DNA of 46,505 nt. Source: a virus. Its lineage: Duplodnaviria; Heunggongvirae; Uroviricota; Caudoviricetes. The notes under the pieces were generated by a model, which made no database searches, was not told the origin of the DNA, and saw only the letters and a program-made list of their open reading frames with translations. The position numbers and the translations under genes are program-made. Positions 12,444 through 21,039 of the stretch are shown here, one piece after another (position 1 is the first letter of the stretch; every line of letters starts with the position of its first letter). The DNA is taken from IMG/VR virus record IMGVR_UViG_2563366802_000006; one strand, 5' to 3'.

Positions 12444-12477
12444 TGTAGAAAGACTGGATCAATCCACAGGAGTCATT

Positions 12478-13377
12478 ATGACAAATACAGCAAAAATACT
12501 CAACTTCGGCAGAGGTAACTTTACCGGACAGGAGCGTAATGTGGCAGATCTCGATGATGGTTACGCCAGACTATCAAATATGCTGCTTGAGGCTTATTCA
12601 GGCGCAGATCTGACCAAGCGACAGTTTAAAGTGCTGCTTGCCATTCTGCGTAAAACCTATGGGTGGAATAAACCAATGGACAGAATCACCGATTCTCAAC
12701 TTAGCGAGATTACAAAGTTACCTGTCAAACGGTGCAATGAAGCCAAGTTAGAACTCGTCAGAATGAATATTATCAAGCAGCAAGGCGGCATGTTTGGACC
12801 AAATAAAAACATCTCAGAATGGTGTATCCCTCAAAACGAGGGAAAATCCCCTAAAACGAGGGATAAAACATCCCTCAAATTGGGGGATTGCTATCCCTCA
12901 AAACAGGGGGACACAAAAGACACTATTACAAAAGAAAAAAGAAAAGATTATTCGTCCGAGAATTCTGGCGAATCCTCTGACCAGCCAGAAAACGATCTTT
13001 CTGTGGTTAAACCGGATGCTGCAATTCAGAGCGGCAGTAAGTGGGGAACAGCAGAAGACCTGACCGCCGCAGAGTGGATGTTTGACATGGTGAAGACCAT
13101 CGCGCCATCAGCCAGAAAACCGAATTTTGCTGGGTGGGCTAACGATATCCGCCTGATGCGTGAACGTGACGGACGTAACCACCGCGATATGTGTGTGCTT
13201 TTCCGCTGGGCCTGCCAGGACAACTTCTGGTCCGGTAACGTGCTGAGTCCGGCCAAACTCCGCGACAAGTGGACCCAGCTCGAAATCAACCGTAACAAGC
13301 AACAGGCTGGCGTGACAGCCGGAAAACCAAAACTCGACCTGACAAACACTGACTGGATTTACGGGGTGGATCTATGA
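12478..13377 (+). CDS. O: Lambda O replication initiator
   Basis: Start at ATG 12478 (MTNTAKILNFGRGNF...); near-identical to lambda O. Confidence 0.95.
   Translation: MTNTAKILNFGRGNFTGQERNVADLDDGYARLSNMLLEAYSGADLTKRQFKVLLAILRKTYGWNKPMDRITDSQLSEITKLPVKRCNEAKLELVRMNIIKQQGGMFGPNKNISEWCIPQNEGKSPKTRDKTSLKLGDCYPSKQGDTKDTITKEKRKDYSSENSGESSDQPENDLSVVKPDAAIQSGSKWGTAEDLTAAEWMFDMVKTIAPSARKPNFAGWANDIRLMRERDGRNHRDMCVLFRWACQDNFWSGNVLSPAKLRDKWTQLEINRNKQQAGVTAGKPKLDLTNTDWIYGVDL
12826..12960. repeat. ori-lambda: four iterons (ATCCCTCAAAACGAGGGA-like) followed by an AT-rich stretch, inside O
   Basis: Four direct repeats (ATCCCTCAAAACGAGGGA, ATCCCCTAAAACGAGGGA, ATCCCTCAAATTGGGGGA, ATCCCTCAAAACAGGGGG) then ACAAAAGACACTATTACAAAAGAAAAAAGAAAAG. 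Confidence 0.9.
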
Positions 13378-14075
13378 AAAACATCGCCGCACAGATGGTT
13401 AACTTTGACCGTGAGCAGATGCGTCGGATCGCCAACAACATGCCGGAACAGTACGACGAAAAGCCACAGGTACAGCAGGTAGCGCAGATCATCAACGGTG
13501 TGTTCAGCCAGTTACTGGCAACTTTCCCGGCGAGTCTGGCTAACCGTGACCAGAACGAACTGAACGAAATCCGCCGCCAGTGGGTTCTGGCTTTCCGGGA
13601 AAACGGGATCACCACAATGGAACAGGTTAACGCAGGAATGCGCGTAGCCCGTCGGCAGAATCGACCATTTCTGCCATCACCCGGGCAGTTTGTTGCATGG
13701 TGCCGGGAAGAAGCATCCGTTATCGCCGGACTGCCAAACGTCAGCGAGCTGGTTGATATGGTTTACGAGTATTGCCGGAAGCGAGGCCTGTATCCGGATG
13801 CGGAGTCTTATCCGTGGAAATCAAACGCGCACTACTGGCTGGTTACCAACCTGTATCAGAACATGCGGGCCAATGCGCTTACTGATGCGGAATTACGGCG
13901 CAAGGCTGCCGATGAACTGACCTGTATGACAGCGCGAATTAACCGTGGTGAGACGATACCTGAACCAGTAAAACAACTTCCTGTTATGGGCGGTAGACCT
14001 CTAAATCGTGCACAGGCTCTGGCGAAGATCGCAGAAATTAAAGCTAAGTTCGGACTGAAAGGAGCAAGTGTATGA
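13374..14075 (+). CDS. P: Lambda P, DnaB helicase loader
   Basis: 233-aa ORF near-identical to lambda P. Confidence 0.95.
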   Translation: MKNIAAQMVNFDREQMRRIANNMPEQYDEKPQVQQVAQIINGVFSQLLATFPASLANRDQNELNEIRRQWVLAFRENGITTMEQVNAGMRVARRQNRPFLPSPGQFVAWCREEASVIAGLPNVSELVDMVYEYCRKRGLYPDAESYPWKSNAHYWLVTNLYQNMRANALTDAELRRKAADELTCMTARINRGETIPEPVKQLPVMGGRPLNRAQALAKIAEIKAKFGLKGASV

Positions 14076-14362
14076 CGGGCAAAGAGGCAATTATTCATTA
14101 CCTGGGGACGCATAATAGCTTCTGTGCGCCGGACGTTGCCGCGCTAACAGGCGCAACAGTAACCAGCATAAATCAGGCCGCGGCTAAAATGGCACGGGCA
14201 GGTCTTCTGGTTATCGAAGGTAAGGTCTGGCGAACGGTGTATTACCGGTTTGCTACCAGGGAAGAACGGGAAGGAAAGATGAGCACGAACCTGATTTTTA
14301 AGGAGTGTCGCCAGAGTGCCGCGATGAAACGGGTATTGGCGGTATATGGAGTTAAAAGATGA
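14072..14362 (+). CDS. ren: Ren (Rex-exclusion resistance)
   Basis: 96-aa ORF matching lambda Ren; overlaps the P stop. Confidence 0.9.
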   Translation: MTGKEAIIHYLGTHNSFCAPDVAALTGATVTSINQAAAKMARAGLLVIEGKVWRTVYYRFATREEREGKMSTNLIFKECRQSAAMKRVLAVYGVKR

Positions 14363-14386
14363 CCATCTACATTACTGAGCTAATAA

Positions 14387-14420
14387 CAGGCCTGCTGGTA
14401 ATCGCAGGCCTTTTTATTTG
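14387..14420 (+). terminator. tR2-like rho-independent terminator
   Basis: Hairpin AGGCCTGCTGGTAATCGCAGGCCT followed by TTTTTATTT between ren and ninB. Confidence 0.75.
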
Positions 14421-14435
14421 GGGGAGAGGGAAGTC

Positions 14436-14876
14436 ATGAAAAAACTAACCTTTGAAATTCGATCTCCAGCACATCAGCAAAACGCTATTCACGCAGTACA
14501 GCAAATCCTTCCAGACCCAACCAAACCAATCGTAGTAACCATTCAGGAACGCAACCGCAGCTTAGACCAGAATCGAAAGCTTTGGGCTTGCCTTGGTGAC
14601 GTCTCTCGTCAGGTTGAATGGCATGGTCGCTGGCTGGATGCAGAAAGCTGGAAGTGTGTGTTTACCGCAGCATTAAAGCAGCAGGATGTTGTTCCTAACC
14701 TTGCCGGGAATGGCTTTGTGGTAATAGGCCAGTCAACCAGCAGGATGCGTGTAAACGAATTTGCGGAGCTATTAGAGCTTATACAGGCATTCGGTACAGA
14801 GCGTGGCGTTAAGTGGTCAGACGAAGCGCGACTGGCTCTCGAATGGAAAGCGCGATGGGGAGATCGGGCTGCATGA
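14436..14876 (+). CDS. ninB: NinB recombination protein
   Basis: Start at ATG 14436 (MKKLTFEIRSPAHQQ...); matches lambda NinB. Confidence 0.92.
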   Translation: MKKLTFEIRSPAHQQNAIHAVQQILPDPTKPIVVTIQERNRSLDQNRKLWACLGDVSRQVEWHGRWLDAESWKCVFTAALKQQDVVPNLAGNGFVVIGQSTSRMRVNEFAELLELIQAFGTERGVKWSDEARLALEWKARWGDRAA

Positions 14877-15400
14877 CTATCAAATCAAATACGCCAGCAC
14901 ACGACAAGGACTGCTGGCAAACGCCGCTTTGGCTTTTTGATGCACTGGATATTGAGTTTGGATTCTGGCTGGATTCGGCAGCGAGCGACAAAAATGCTCT
15001 GTGCGCTCACTGGTTAACTGAGGCCGACGACGCGCTAAATTCTGAGTGGATAAGCCACGGTGCAATCTGGAATAACCCACCGTACAGCAATATCAGGCCG
15101 TGGGTGGAAAAAGCCGCCGAGCAGTGCATACAACAGCGACAGACGGTAGTTATGCTTGTGCCAGAGGATATGTCAGTCGGATGGTTCAGCAAGGCTCTGG
15201 AGAGTGTCGACGAAGTTCGCATTATCACTGATGGACGGATTAATTTTATCGAACCATCGACAGGGCTGGAGAAGAAGGGAAACAGCAAAGGCTCCATGCT
15301 GCTGATTTGGCGACCGTTCATCAGTCCTCGACGGATGTTTACTACCGTATCCAAAGCGGCATTGATGGCGATCGGGCAGGGCGTCAGGAGGGCGGCATGA
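14873..15400 (+). CDS. Phage DNA N6-adenine methyltransferase (Dam-like)
   Basis: Start at ATG 14873 overlapping the ninB stop (ATGA); NPPY-type catalytic motif (IWNNPPYS); about 175 aa. Confidence 0.8.
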   Translation: MTIKSNTPAHDKDCWQTPLWLFDALDIEFGFWLDSAASDKNALCAHWLTEADDALNSEWISHGAIWNNPPYSNIRPWVEKAAEQCIQQRQTVVMLVPEDMSVGWFSKALESVDEVRIITDGRINFIEPSTGLEKKGNSKGSMLLIWRPFISPRRMFTTVSKAALMAIGQGVRRAA

Positions 15401-15573
15401 GGCGACAGCGACGAAGTTTCACCGACATCATCTGCGAAAACTGCAAATACCTTCCAACGAAACGCTCCAGAAATAAACGCAAGCCAATCCCAAAAGAATC
15501 TGACGTAAAAACCTTCAATTACACAGCTCACCTGTGGGATATCCGGTGGCTAAGATATCGTGCGAGGAAATGA
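15397..15573 (+). CDS. ninE: NinE
   Basis: [52 protein letters not shown]...; ATG overlaps the methyltransferase stop. Confidence 0.85.
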   Translation: MRRQRRSFTDIICENCKYLPTKRSRNKRKPIPKESDVKTFNYTAHLWDIRWLRYRARK

Positions 15574-15917
15574 CAATGGATTATTCACAGTTAAGTGATT
15601 TTGAAATTAACAGAATGGTAGGAGACATAATTTTTAAAGGCCTTTGGGCAAGTAAACCGGAAACATCAGGGAATAACACCAACAAATGGTATTACGGAAA
15701 TGCTGATACAACTTTTGAGCCATTAAATCATTTGCCTGACTACTGCAATGATCCGAGCGCTTCATGGCCGATTATTGAGAAATACAGGATTTCTATCTTA
15801 GACCAGTTAACTGAATGGTGTGTGGATGCAAAAGGCGTAAGCCCAATATTTGATACCAGACCTCTCCGCGCCGCCATGATTGTCTTTCTCCTGATGCAGG
15901 AGGCCAATAATGCTTAG
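15570..15917 (+). CDS. Hypothetical nin-region protein (about 115 aa, AT-rich codon usage)
   Basis: ORF coupled to the ninE stop; no family confidently recognised. Confidence 0.5.
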   Translation: MTMDYSQLSDFEINRMVGDIIFKGLWASKPETSGNNTNKWYYGNADTTFEPLNHLPDYCNDPSASWPIIEKYRISILDQLTEWCVDAKGVSPIFDTRPLRAAMIVFLLMQEANNA

Positions 15918-16104
15918 CCCATCTCAATCCCTTCAATACCTGAAAGGAAGCATAGAGCGGGCTTCAATGTGCACAGAGTGGATTCTATCTAGGTTTAGCG
16001 CATACAGAAGATTGCCGGTAAAGGGCATGCCAAGCAAGTCGATGCTGCATATGCAAAAGAATGCGCGCTGGAAGGTATGGCGAGAACACAGGTTATCTGG
16101 CTGA
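15910..16104 (+). CDS. NinF-like small protein with divergent C-terminal half
   Basis: N-terminus [10 protein letters not shown] resembles lambda NinF, but the remainder lacks the cysteine-rich NinF motif; not explained by a simple frameshift. Confidence 0.45.
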   Translation: MLSPSQSLQYLKGSIERASMCTEWILSRFSAYRRLPVKGMPSKSMLHMQKNARWKVWREHRLSG

Positions 16105-16123
16105 AAGAGGGGGTTATTAAGGC

Positions 16124-16486
16124 GTGAATACCTACAGCATCACATTACCCTGGCCTCCGAGCAATAATCGCTATTACCGCCATAATCGCGGGCGCACGCA
16201 CGTCAGCGCAGAGGGGCAGGCATACCGCGATAACGTCGCCCGAATCATTAAAAACGCAATGCTGGATATCGGCCTGGCTATGCCTGTGAAAATCCGCATT
16301 GAGTGCCACATGCCGGATCGCCGTCGCCGTGACCTGGATAATCTGCAAAAAGCCGCTTTTGACGCACTCACTAAAGCAGGTTTCTGGCTGGATGATGCTC
16401 AGGTCGTTGATTACCGCGTTGTGAAGATGCCTGTTACCAAAGGTGGGAGGCTGGAACTGACCATCACCGAAATGGGGAATGAATGA
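16124..16486 (+). CDS. rusA: RusA Holliday-junction resolvase
   Basis: 120-aa ORF matching DLP12 RusA ([23 protein letters not shown]...). Confidence 0.95.
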   Translation: MNTYSITLPWPPSNNRYYRHNRGRTHVSAEGQAYRDNVARIIKNAMLDIGLAMPVKIRIECHMPDRRRRDLDNLQKAAFDALTKAGFWLDDAQVVDYRVVKMPVTKGGRLELTITEMGNE

Positions 16487-16623
16487 TGTTTGAGTTTAAT
16501 ATGGCAGAACTTCTTCGCCACCGCTGGGGGCGTCTGCGCTTATATCGTTTCCCCGGCTCTGTTTTGACCGATTACCGAATACTGAAGAATTACGCCAAAA
16601 CACTGACAGGAGCAGGAGTATGA
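16483..16623 (+). CDS. ylcG: YlcG-like small protein
   Basis: 46-aa ORF found by hand ([46 protein letters not shown]), overlapping the rusA stop; DLP12 synteny. Confidence 0.75.
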   Translation: MMFEFNMAELLRHRWGRLRLYRFPGSVLTDYRILKNYAKTLTGAGV

Positions 16624-16708
16624 AGTCAGAGATAACAATCAACTAATACTGTTTTGTTGATTTTTGCTTGTAATTGGCGTTCTGGTCTGAGTTTTGTGGA
16701 GTAAGTTG

Positions 16709-17092
16709 ATGCGTGATATTCAGATGGTTCTTGAGCGTTGGGGAGCGTGGGCGGCTAATAATCATGAAGATGTGACCTGGTCGTCCATTGCCGCCGGTTT
16801 TAAGGGATTAATTCCTTCAAAAGTAAAATCTCGCCCGCAATGTTGTGACGATGACGCGATGATCATTTGCGGGTGCATGGCCCGTCTGAAAAAGAACAAC
16901 AGCGATTTGCACGATTTATTAGTAGATTATTATGTAGTCGGTATGACATTCATGTCACTGGCAGGTAAGCATTGCTGCTCTGATGGTTATATCGGGAAAA
17001 GGTTACAAAAGGCTGAGGGCATAATTGAAGGGATGTTAATGGCATTAGATATCCGGTTAGAGATGGATATCGTTGTTAATAACTCTAATTAA
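16709..17092 (+). CDS. quuD: Late-gene antiterminator Q (phage 21/82-type, QuuD-like)
   Basis: Start at ATG 16709 ([22 protein letters not shown]...); matches DLP12 QuuD as I recall it. Confidence 0.9.
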   Translation: MRDIQMVLERWGAWAANNHEDVTWSSIAAGFKGLIPSKVKSRPQCCDDDAMIICGCMARLKKNNSDLHDLLVDYYVVGMTFMSLAGKHCCSDGYIGKRLQKAEGIIEGMLMALDIRLEMDIVVNNSN

Positions 17093-17111
17093 TATGCCAA
17101 TTGTTTACTAA

Positions 17112-17281
17112 AAATTATTAAAAATGGGGCGTTGAGACGCCCCCAAAAATAAAGGGTAATATATAACAGAAGGTTTATATAGTTAGAAGCAAGGTTGTGC
17201 TTCTAAAGGAAGTGGCTTGAGGGAGCCACTTATATGTTGGGGAGGCAACGCCTCCCGCAACATATCTTTTTCGTAATCAGA
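17112..17281 (-). ncRNA. ipeX: Candidate IpeX-like small RNA: multi-hairpin 3' region of the porin gene ending in a terminator
   Basis: Four consecutive minus-strand stem-loops downstream of the nmpC stop, the last (GGGGGCGTCTCAACGCCCC) followed by a T-run; the DLP12 sRNA IpeX is, to my recollection, derived from this nmpC-quuD interval. Confidence 0.4.
17232..17277 (+). terminator. tR'-like rho-independent terminator downstream of Q
   Basis: Long perfect stem ATATGTTGGGGAGGC-AACG-CCTCCCGCAACATAT followed by CTTTTTCG. Confidence 0.75.
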
Positions 17282-18364
17282 TTAGAACTGGTAAACCAGA
17301 CCTACAGCAACGATGTCATCAGTATCAATACCAGCTGTTTTGGTAAACTTACTATCGTCAATTAAGTTGATTTTGTAATCAACAAAAGTGGACATGTTTT
17401 TATTAAAGTAGTAAGTAGCACCGACATCGACATACTTGACTAAGTCTCGGTCACCATGAACACCAAGGTCTTTACCTTTTGACTGAAGGTAAGCAACAGA
17501 TGGGCGCAGACCGAAGTCAAACTGATATTGTGCTACTGCTTCAAAGTTTTGTGCTTTGTTTGCAATATGGTTATTACCAAAAACGGTCATATTCTGAGTT
17601 TCAGAATATGTGGTAGCCAGATAGATATTGTTCGCATCATATTTCAGGCCTGCAGCCCATACTTCCGCATTTTTGCCGGAGGCATTGAATTTGCTCTTAC
17701 CATAGGCGACCTGACCGTCAGTGCGATCTGATTTAGCATAGGTTGCACCCACGCCGAATCCTTCATACTCATAAGTAGTGGAGAAACCGAAACCATCACC
17801 ATTGGCTTCAGTTACGTCAGTGCGGTCATTTTTACCCTGATACTGAGCAGCAAAGTTCAGGCCATCGACCAGACCAAAGAAGTCGTTGTTACGATAAGTT
17901 GCAACACCAGTAGTGCGACCAGTCATGAACACATCTGTTTGGGTCCAGGTATCACCACCGAATTCTGGCAGGACGTCAGTCCACGCACCGATGTCGTATG
18001 CTACACCGTAGTTACGGCCGTAATCGATTGAGCCGTAATCACCAAATTTCAGGCCTGCAAATGCAAGACGGGTTTTGTCTTTGGAAGAACCTTGAGATTC
18101 AGCGCGGTTGCCTTTGAATTCATATTCCCACTGACCGAAACCAGTCAGTTGATCGTTGATTTGGGTTTCACCTTTGAAGCCAAGACGGGCATAAGTAGTA
18201 TCACCATCATCTGCATCATTAGAGGAGAAGTAGTGCTTAGCATTAACTTTCCCGTACAGATCCAGCTTGTTACTGTCTTTATTATAAATTTCAGCTGCCT
18301 GAGCAGACATCGCCATCAGTACTGATGCAGCTACAGCAGAAATTGCCACTGTTAATTTTTTCAT
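17282..18364 (-). CDS. nmpC: Outer-membrane porin, OmpC/OmpF/PhoE family (NmpC-like), apparently intact
   Basis: 360-aa ORF with signal peptide [23 protein letters not shown] and C-terminal ...VAVGLVYQF; located between Q and the holin as in DLP12. Confidence 0.93.
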   Translation of the reverse strand: MKKLTVAISAVAASVLMAMSAQAAEIYNKDSNKLDLYGKVNAKHYFSSNDADDGDTTYARLGFKGETQINDQLTGFGQWEYEFKGNRAESQGSSKDKTRLAFAGLKFGDYGSIDYGRNYGVAYDIGAWTDVLPEFGGDTWTQTDVFMTGRTTGVATYRNNDFFGLVDGLNFAAQYQGKNDRTDVTEANGDGFGFSTTYEYEGFGVGATYAKSDRTDGQVAYGKSKFNASGKNAEVWAAGLKYDANNIYLATTYSETQNMTVFGNNHIANKAQNFEAVAQYQFDFGLRPSVAYLQSKGKDLGVHGDRDLVKYVDVGATYYFNKNMSTFVDYKINLIDDSKFTKTAGIDTDDIVAVGLVYQF

Positions 18365-18792
18365 CGTGAGCCCTTTTTTTTGAACTATTATTAAAAAATG
18401 ATGTCACTGCGCGATAAATATTCATCTAATCAATGTGATTATTTCAAGATGTAAGTTTTGGTTTCTCGTTTAATTTGTGAAGTAGATCTCTATTTTTATC
18501 TGAACTTTTTTCTATCGAATCCTATTCATGGCTCTTGGCTGAATAAAAATAAATCTATTAGCCAATTTATATTAATGGCTGTTATTTATAAGTGCTCTAT
18601 AATTTGAAGGTTCAATTTAAATTGGCTAAAAATAACGCTGGAAATTATTTGTTGGTTATTTGTTGAGATTTGCTTATGTATTTGTAGTGGTGTTTTCAAT
18701 ACTCGGTAGCATTCTCGCAAATATCATTTAGTGGTTTACGTACGTAAAAAATTGGTTATGCTGTTAAGAGTGGTTACTTCGTCACACAGCTT

Positions 18793-18826
18793 AAACCCGC
18801 CGTCGAGCGGGTTTTTCCATTTTTTG
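18793..18826 (+). terminator. Rho-independent terminator candidate about 110 bp upstream of the holin gene
   Basis: Hairpin AAACCCGCCGTCGAGCGGGTTT followed by TTCCATTTTTT on the + strand. Confidence 0.5.
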
Positions 18827-18937
18827 AGTCTCGATATTAGCTGATAACCCAATACCTGAGTTATTCACTGACTCCGAGTCTGTTACGTTTCGTAGTATTC
18901 CCTCAATTTACACCCGCTTTGTCTGCGAGGTGGGGTT

Positions 18938-19153
18938 ATGCAATCCATGGATAAGTTAACAACGGGTGTCGCCTATGGCACCTCAGCAGGTAGTGCCGGG
19001 TACTGGTTTTTACAGCTGCTAGATAAAGTCACGCCCTCACAGTGGGCGGCAATTGGAGTGCTGGGTAGCCTGGTATTTGGCCTGCTGACGTACCTGACAA
19101 ACCTTTATTTCAAGATTAAAGAAGACAAGCGTAAGGCTGCACGGGGAGAGTAA
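18938..19153 (+). CDS. essD: Pinholin (phage 21 S21 family) with dual-start motif
   Basis: 71-aa [74 protein letters not shown]; Met1 and Met4 give the antiholin/holin pair. Confidence 0.92.
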   Translation: MQSMDKLTTGVAYGTSAGSAGYWFLQLLDKVTPSQWAAIGVLGSLVFGLLTYLTNLYFKIKEDKRKAARGE

Positions 19154-19157
19154 TTCA

Positions 19158-19502
19158 ATGACTCAAAACTATGAACTGATTGTGAAAGGGATCCGCAATT
19201 TTGAGAATAAAGTTACGGTAACTTTAGCGTTACGGGACAAAAAACGCTTTGACGGTGAAATTTTTGACCTGGACATCTCGCTGGACCGTGTTGAAGGTGC
19301 CGCGCTGGAGTTTTATGAGGCAGCAGCCAGAAGGAGCATCAGACAGGTCTTCCTGGATGTTGCTGCCGGGTTATGTGAAGGGGATGAGCTGTCGCCGGAA
19401 AAGCGCCCCATAATTTTAGAGGCGCAGAATGTGTGGATAACCTACAAAGGAAAGCTACCGGGAAGAATTACTGGTTCTCTGAAGACTCCGCCGAAATGGT
19501 AA
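19158..19502 (+). CDS. Hypothetical protein between holin and endolysin (position of Qin ydfR, DUF1327)
   Basis: 114-aa ORF starting 5 nt after the holin stop; assignment to the YdfR family is by position only. Confidence 0.5.
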   Translation: MTQNYELIVKGIRNFENKVTVTLALRDKKRFDGEIFDLDISLDRVEGAALEFYEAAARRSIRQVFLDVAAGLCEGDELSPEKRPIILEAQNVWITYKGKLPGRITGSLKTPPKW

Positions 19503-19746
19503 TTTCACCAGCATATTTTTCTTCCAGTAATACCGCCAGCCACTTGAAAGAATTTTGTTGTTGCTGGGACCATTTGGGGTTGAGTGATTCAAGCTGGAGC
19601 GATGCCAGTGTTGGTTGCATTTGTTCCTTGGGAATTGAGAATGCCAGATATGAAAATGCGACAGTAAGGGCATTTACATCATCCCGAAGCCTGGAAATGC
19701 AGTCGAGCAACTCCTGTAGAGAAATGGTGCTATTGTCCATAAACAA
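19468..19746 (-). CDS. Hypothetical small protein (92 aa), convergent with the preceding ORF
   Basis: ORF only; fills the gap before the endolysin; no family recognised. Confidence 0.3.
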   Translation of the reverse strand: MFMDNSTISLQELLDCISRLRDDVNALTVAFSYLAFSIPKEQMQPTLASLQLESLNPKWSQQQQNSFKWLAVLLEEKYAGEITISAESSENQ

Positions 19747-19845
19747 TCCTCTCTATTGTATTTAACTATTCCTTGCCTGATTCAACAGGCCGGGACAGAT
19801 AAACATATCCAGGGTTCAGAAACCGATAAATCCTGATAAATATCC

Positions 19846-20379
19846 ATGAACGCAAAAATCAGATACGGCCTGTCGGCTGCCGTTCTGGCACTGATTGCCG
19901 TCGGTGCGCCTGCGCCTGATATTCTCGACCAGTTTCTGGATGAAAAAGAAGGTAACCACACAACGGCATACCGCGATGGTTCCGGCATCTGGACCATCTG
20001 TCGGGGTGCCACGGTGGTGGATGGAAAACCCGTTTTTCCCGGTATGAAACTGTCGAAGGAAAAATGCGACCAGGTTAACGCCATTGAACGGGATAAGGCG
20101 CTGGCATGGGTGGAGCGCAATATTAAAGTGCCACTGACCGAACCACAGAAAGCGGGTATCGCGTCATTTTGTCCCTATAACATTGGCCCCGGTAAGTGTT
20201 TCCCGTCGACGTTTTATAAGCGGCTGAATGCCGGTGATCGTAAAGGTGCATGCGAGGCGATTCGCTGGTGGATAAAAGATGGTGGGCGCGATTGCCGCAT
20301 ACGTTCAAATAACTGCTATGGACAGGTTATTCGTCGTGACCAGGAAAGCGCATTAGCCTGTTGGGGGATAGATCAGTGA
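19846..20379 (+). CDS. SAR endolysin (T4-lysozyme fold, GH24)
   Basis: N-terminal Gly/Ala-rich signal-anchor-release segment ([17 protein letters not shown]) and catalytic E-8-D-5-T triad ([16 protein letters not shown]); the expected partner of a pinholin. Confidence 0.9.
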   Translation: MNAKIRYGLSAAVLALIAVGAPAPDILDQFLDEKEGNHTTAYRDGSGIWTICRGATVVDGKPVFPGMKLSKEKCDQVNAIERDKALAWVERNIKVPLTEPQKAGIASFCPYNIGPGKCFPSTFYKRLNAGDRKGACEAIRWWIKDGGRDCRIRSNNCYGQVIRRDQESALACWGIDQ

Positions 20380-20834
20380 GCAGAGTCGCCGCGATTATTT
20401 ATGCTCTGGTTATCTGCATCATCGTCTGCCTGTCATGGGCTGTTAATCATTACCGTGATAACGCAATCGCCTACAAAGAGCAGCGCGATAACAAGGCCAG
20501 TGAACTGGAGAAGGCGAACGCCACCATCGCTGACATGCGGAAGCGTCAACGTGATGTAGCAGAACTCGACGCAAGATACACAAAGGAGCTTGCTGATGCT
20601 AACGCGACTATCGAAAGTCTCCGTGCTGATGTTTCTGCTGGGCGTAAGCGCCTGCAAGTCGCCGCCACCTGTGCAAAGTCAACGACCGGAGCCAGCGGCA
20701 TGGGCGATGGAGAAAGCCCAAGACTTACAGCAGATGCTGAACTCAATTATTACCGTCTCCGAAGTGGAATCGACAAGATAACCGCGCAGGTTAACTACCT
20801 GCAGGAATACATCAGGACGCAATGCCTGAAATAA
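20376..20834 (+). CDS. Rz: Rz i-spanin
   Basis: GTG start overlapping the endolysin stop ([29 protein letters not shown]...), matching DLP12 RzpD; N-terminal transmembrane segment and coiled coil. Confidence 0.88.
   Translation: MSRVAAIIYALVICIIVCLSWAVNHYRDNAIAYKEQRDNKASELEKANATIADMRKRQRDVAELDARYTKELADANATIESLRADVSAGRKRLQVAATCAKSTTGASGMGDGESPRLTADAELNYYRLRSGIDKITAQVNYLQEYIRTQCLK
20590..20781 (+). CDS. Rz1: Rz1 o-spanin lipoprotein, embedded in the +1 frame of Rz
   Basis: Signal peptide with lipobox (LLGVSAC) followed by a proline-rich segment ([13 protein letters not shown]); wholly inside Rz. Exact start uncertain. Confidence 0.7.
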   Translation: MLMLTRLSKVSVLMFLLGVSACKSPPPVQSQRPEPAAWAMEKAQDLQQMLNSIITVSEVESTR

Positions 20835-20864
20835 TTTTTTTGCAAATCACAAAGTCCATTTAAT

Positions 20865-20891
20865 GAGCCTCGCGATGCGGGGCTTTTTTTA
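20865..20891 (+). terminator. Rho-independent terminator candidate after Rz
   Basis: Hairpin AGCCTCGCGATGCGGGGCT followed by TTTTTTT. Confidence 0.55.
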
Positions 20892-21039
20892 CATCTGAAT
20901 TTCACAGCGCATCTCACGCGCATATTACATCACCCGAGCCTTTCAGAAAGTTGAGCCTGAGAACTGCCGTATATGGTGGCGACCATCTCGGGGCGGCTTT
21001 TCTGTGAGACAGGCTCACTTTCTAAAAGGTAAAGACGCT

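Noticed and set aside
16623-18937. tRNA genes, which lambdoid phages often carry near Q and the lysis genes
   Set aside because: No cloverleaf-compatible sequence with a T-loop GTTCRANYC-type motif seen here or in 21529-22206.
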